Assembly (NCBI GenBank): GCA_965248445.1 | Contig: CBDFJG010000004.1 | Span: 1,600,001 to 1,664,000 of the forward strand | Source: Planctomycetota bacterium | GTDB lineage: Bacteria > Planctomycetota > JAJSAM01 > JAJVHW01 | Reading direction: 5' to 3' | Length of the DNA stretch: 64,000 nt | Shown: positions 63,499-64,000 of the stretch, in pieces | Layout: the number at the start of each line of letters is the position of its first letter | Numbering within the stretch: position 1 is the first letter of the stretch | Translations under genes and position numbers: made by a program | Notes under the pieces: model-generated | Database searches by the model: none | Seen by the model: the letters and a program-made list of their open reading frames with translations, nothing else | Told to the model about the DNA's origin: nothing

Positions 63499-63533
63499 AA
63501 CAACGGCCGGTCGCCCTGCGACTGGCCGTTGTT
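63499..63533 (+). terminator. Intrinsic terminator-like hairpin
   Basis: AACAACGGCCGGTCGC-CCT-GCGACTGGCCGTTGTT, 16 nt after the stop. Confidence 0.75.
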
Positions 63534-63688
63534 GATTCCTGCCTGGCGCTCTTCTCGTTGCTGTTTGATCCGTCTGCTGACGAGACGGCACCTGGCCGGT
63601 CGATCAGGCGCCGAGGCGCGGATCCGCACGGCTCATCCGCTTCCGTGCGCTGCCGCCGCGCCCGCCCGCGGACGTAGGGAGACGGCGC

Positions 63689-64000
63689 CTACTCGCTGGC
63701 GCGGTCGTCGTCGGCTTCCGGCTCGGCGGCCAGCAGGAGGCGACCGGCCGCCCGGCCCATGTGCCTCGCCACGATGGGGGACATGTCTTCGCCGGCCCGT
63801 GCCAGGGTCAGGGCCAGTTCGAGGCGGGTGGTGCCCGCCGTGAGACCGCCCGCGCGCTCGACCGACACGACGTAACTGCGCGGGAGGTTCAGCGTCCGGA
63901 GTGCCGCCTCGGGATCGTCCAGCCGCTCTCGATGGGCCGAGCGGGCGCGGCGGAGCAGATCCGGTAGCGCCTCGGCGGCATGGACGGCGCTGTCCTCGCA
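63689..64000 (-). CDS. C-terminal part of a hypothetical protein entering from beyond the window
   Basis: Open 104-codon frame CEDSAVHAAEALPDLL...DDDRASE-stop. Confidence 0.55.
   Translation of the reverse strand, partial: CEDSAVHAAEALPDLLRRARSAHRERLDDPEAALRTLNLPRSYVVSVERAGGLTAGTTRLELALTLARAGEDMSPIVARHMGRAAGRLLLAAEPEADDDRASE

Noticed and set aside
1..64000. Global UGA reassignment (genetic code 4 or 25) as the explanation for in-frame TGAs
   Set aside because: Many genes end properly in TGA, including ATGA/GTGA overlaps (1158, 22908, 45093), and Trp is encoded by TGG.

Overview
High-GC bacterial chromosomal window, most consistent with an uncultured Planctomycetota-type genome (ECF sigma/Ser-Thr kinase-WD40 pair, kinase-FGE fusion, HEAT-VWA protein, membrane-anchored ECF sigma, many secreted repeat proteins). 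It holds about 50 CDS, one tRNA-Ile2(CAT), two single-ORF IS66 elements, a head-to-tail IS1380 duplication and several gene remnants. The strongest signal is one the ORF track hides: three genes are split by an in-frame TGA followed by a SECIS-like hairpin with GU in the apical loop. Two place the TGA at the first Cys of a thioredoxin CxxC motif (Y-U-P-H-C at 13190-13192; W-U-P-A-C at 38585-38587) and share a C-AGUU-G loop exactly 25 nt downstream. The third (62829-63482) is a signal-peptide protein with U-G-P-P-F-A-C at the predicted mature N-terminus and resembles no selenoprotein family I recognise. Other points: a SET-domain gene translationally coupled to a Pls/PosA-like adenylation enzyme; five related promoter-plus-N-terminus modules fused to unrelated bodies at 55.6-59 kb; a secreted protein with 15 CxxC motifs; a long unexplained hairpin before an ECF sigma gene. 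All family assignments come from motifs read by eye; no database search was run.
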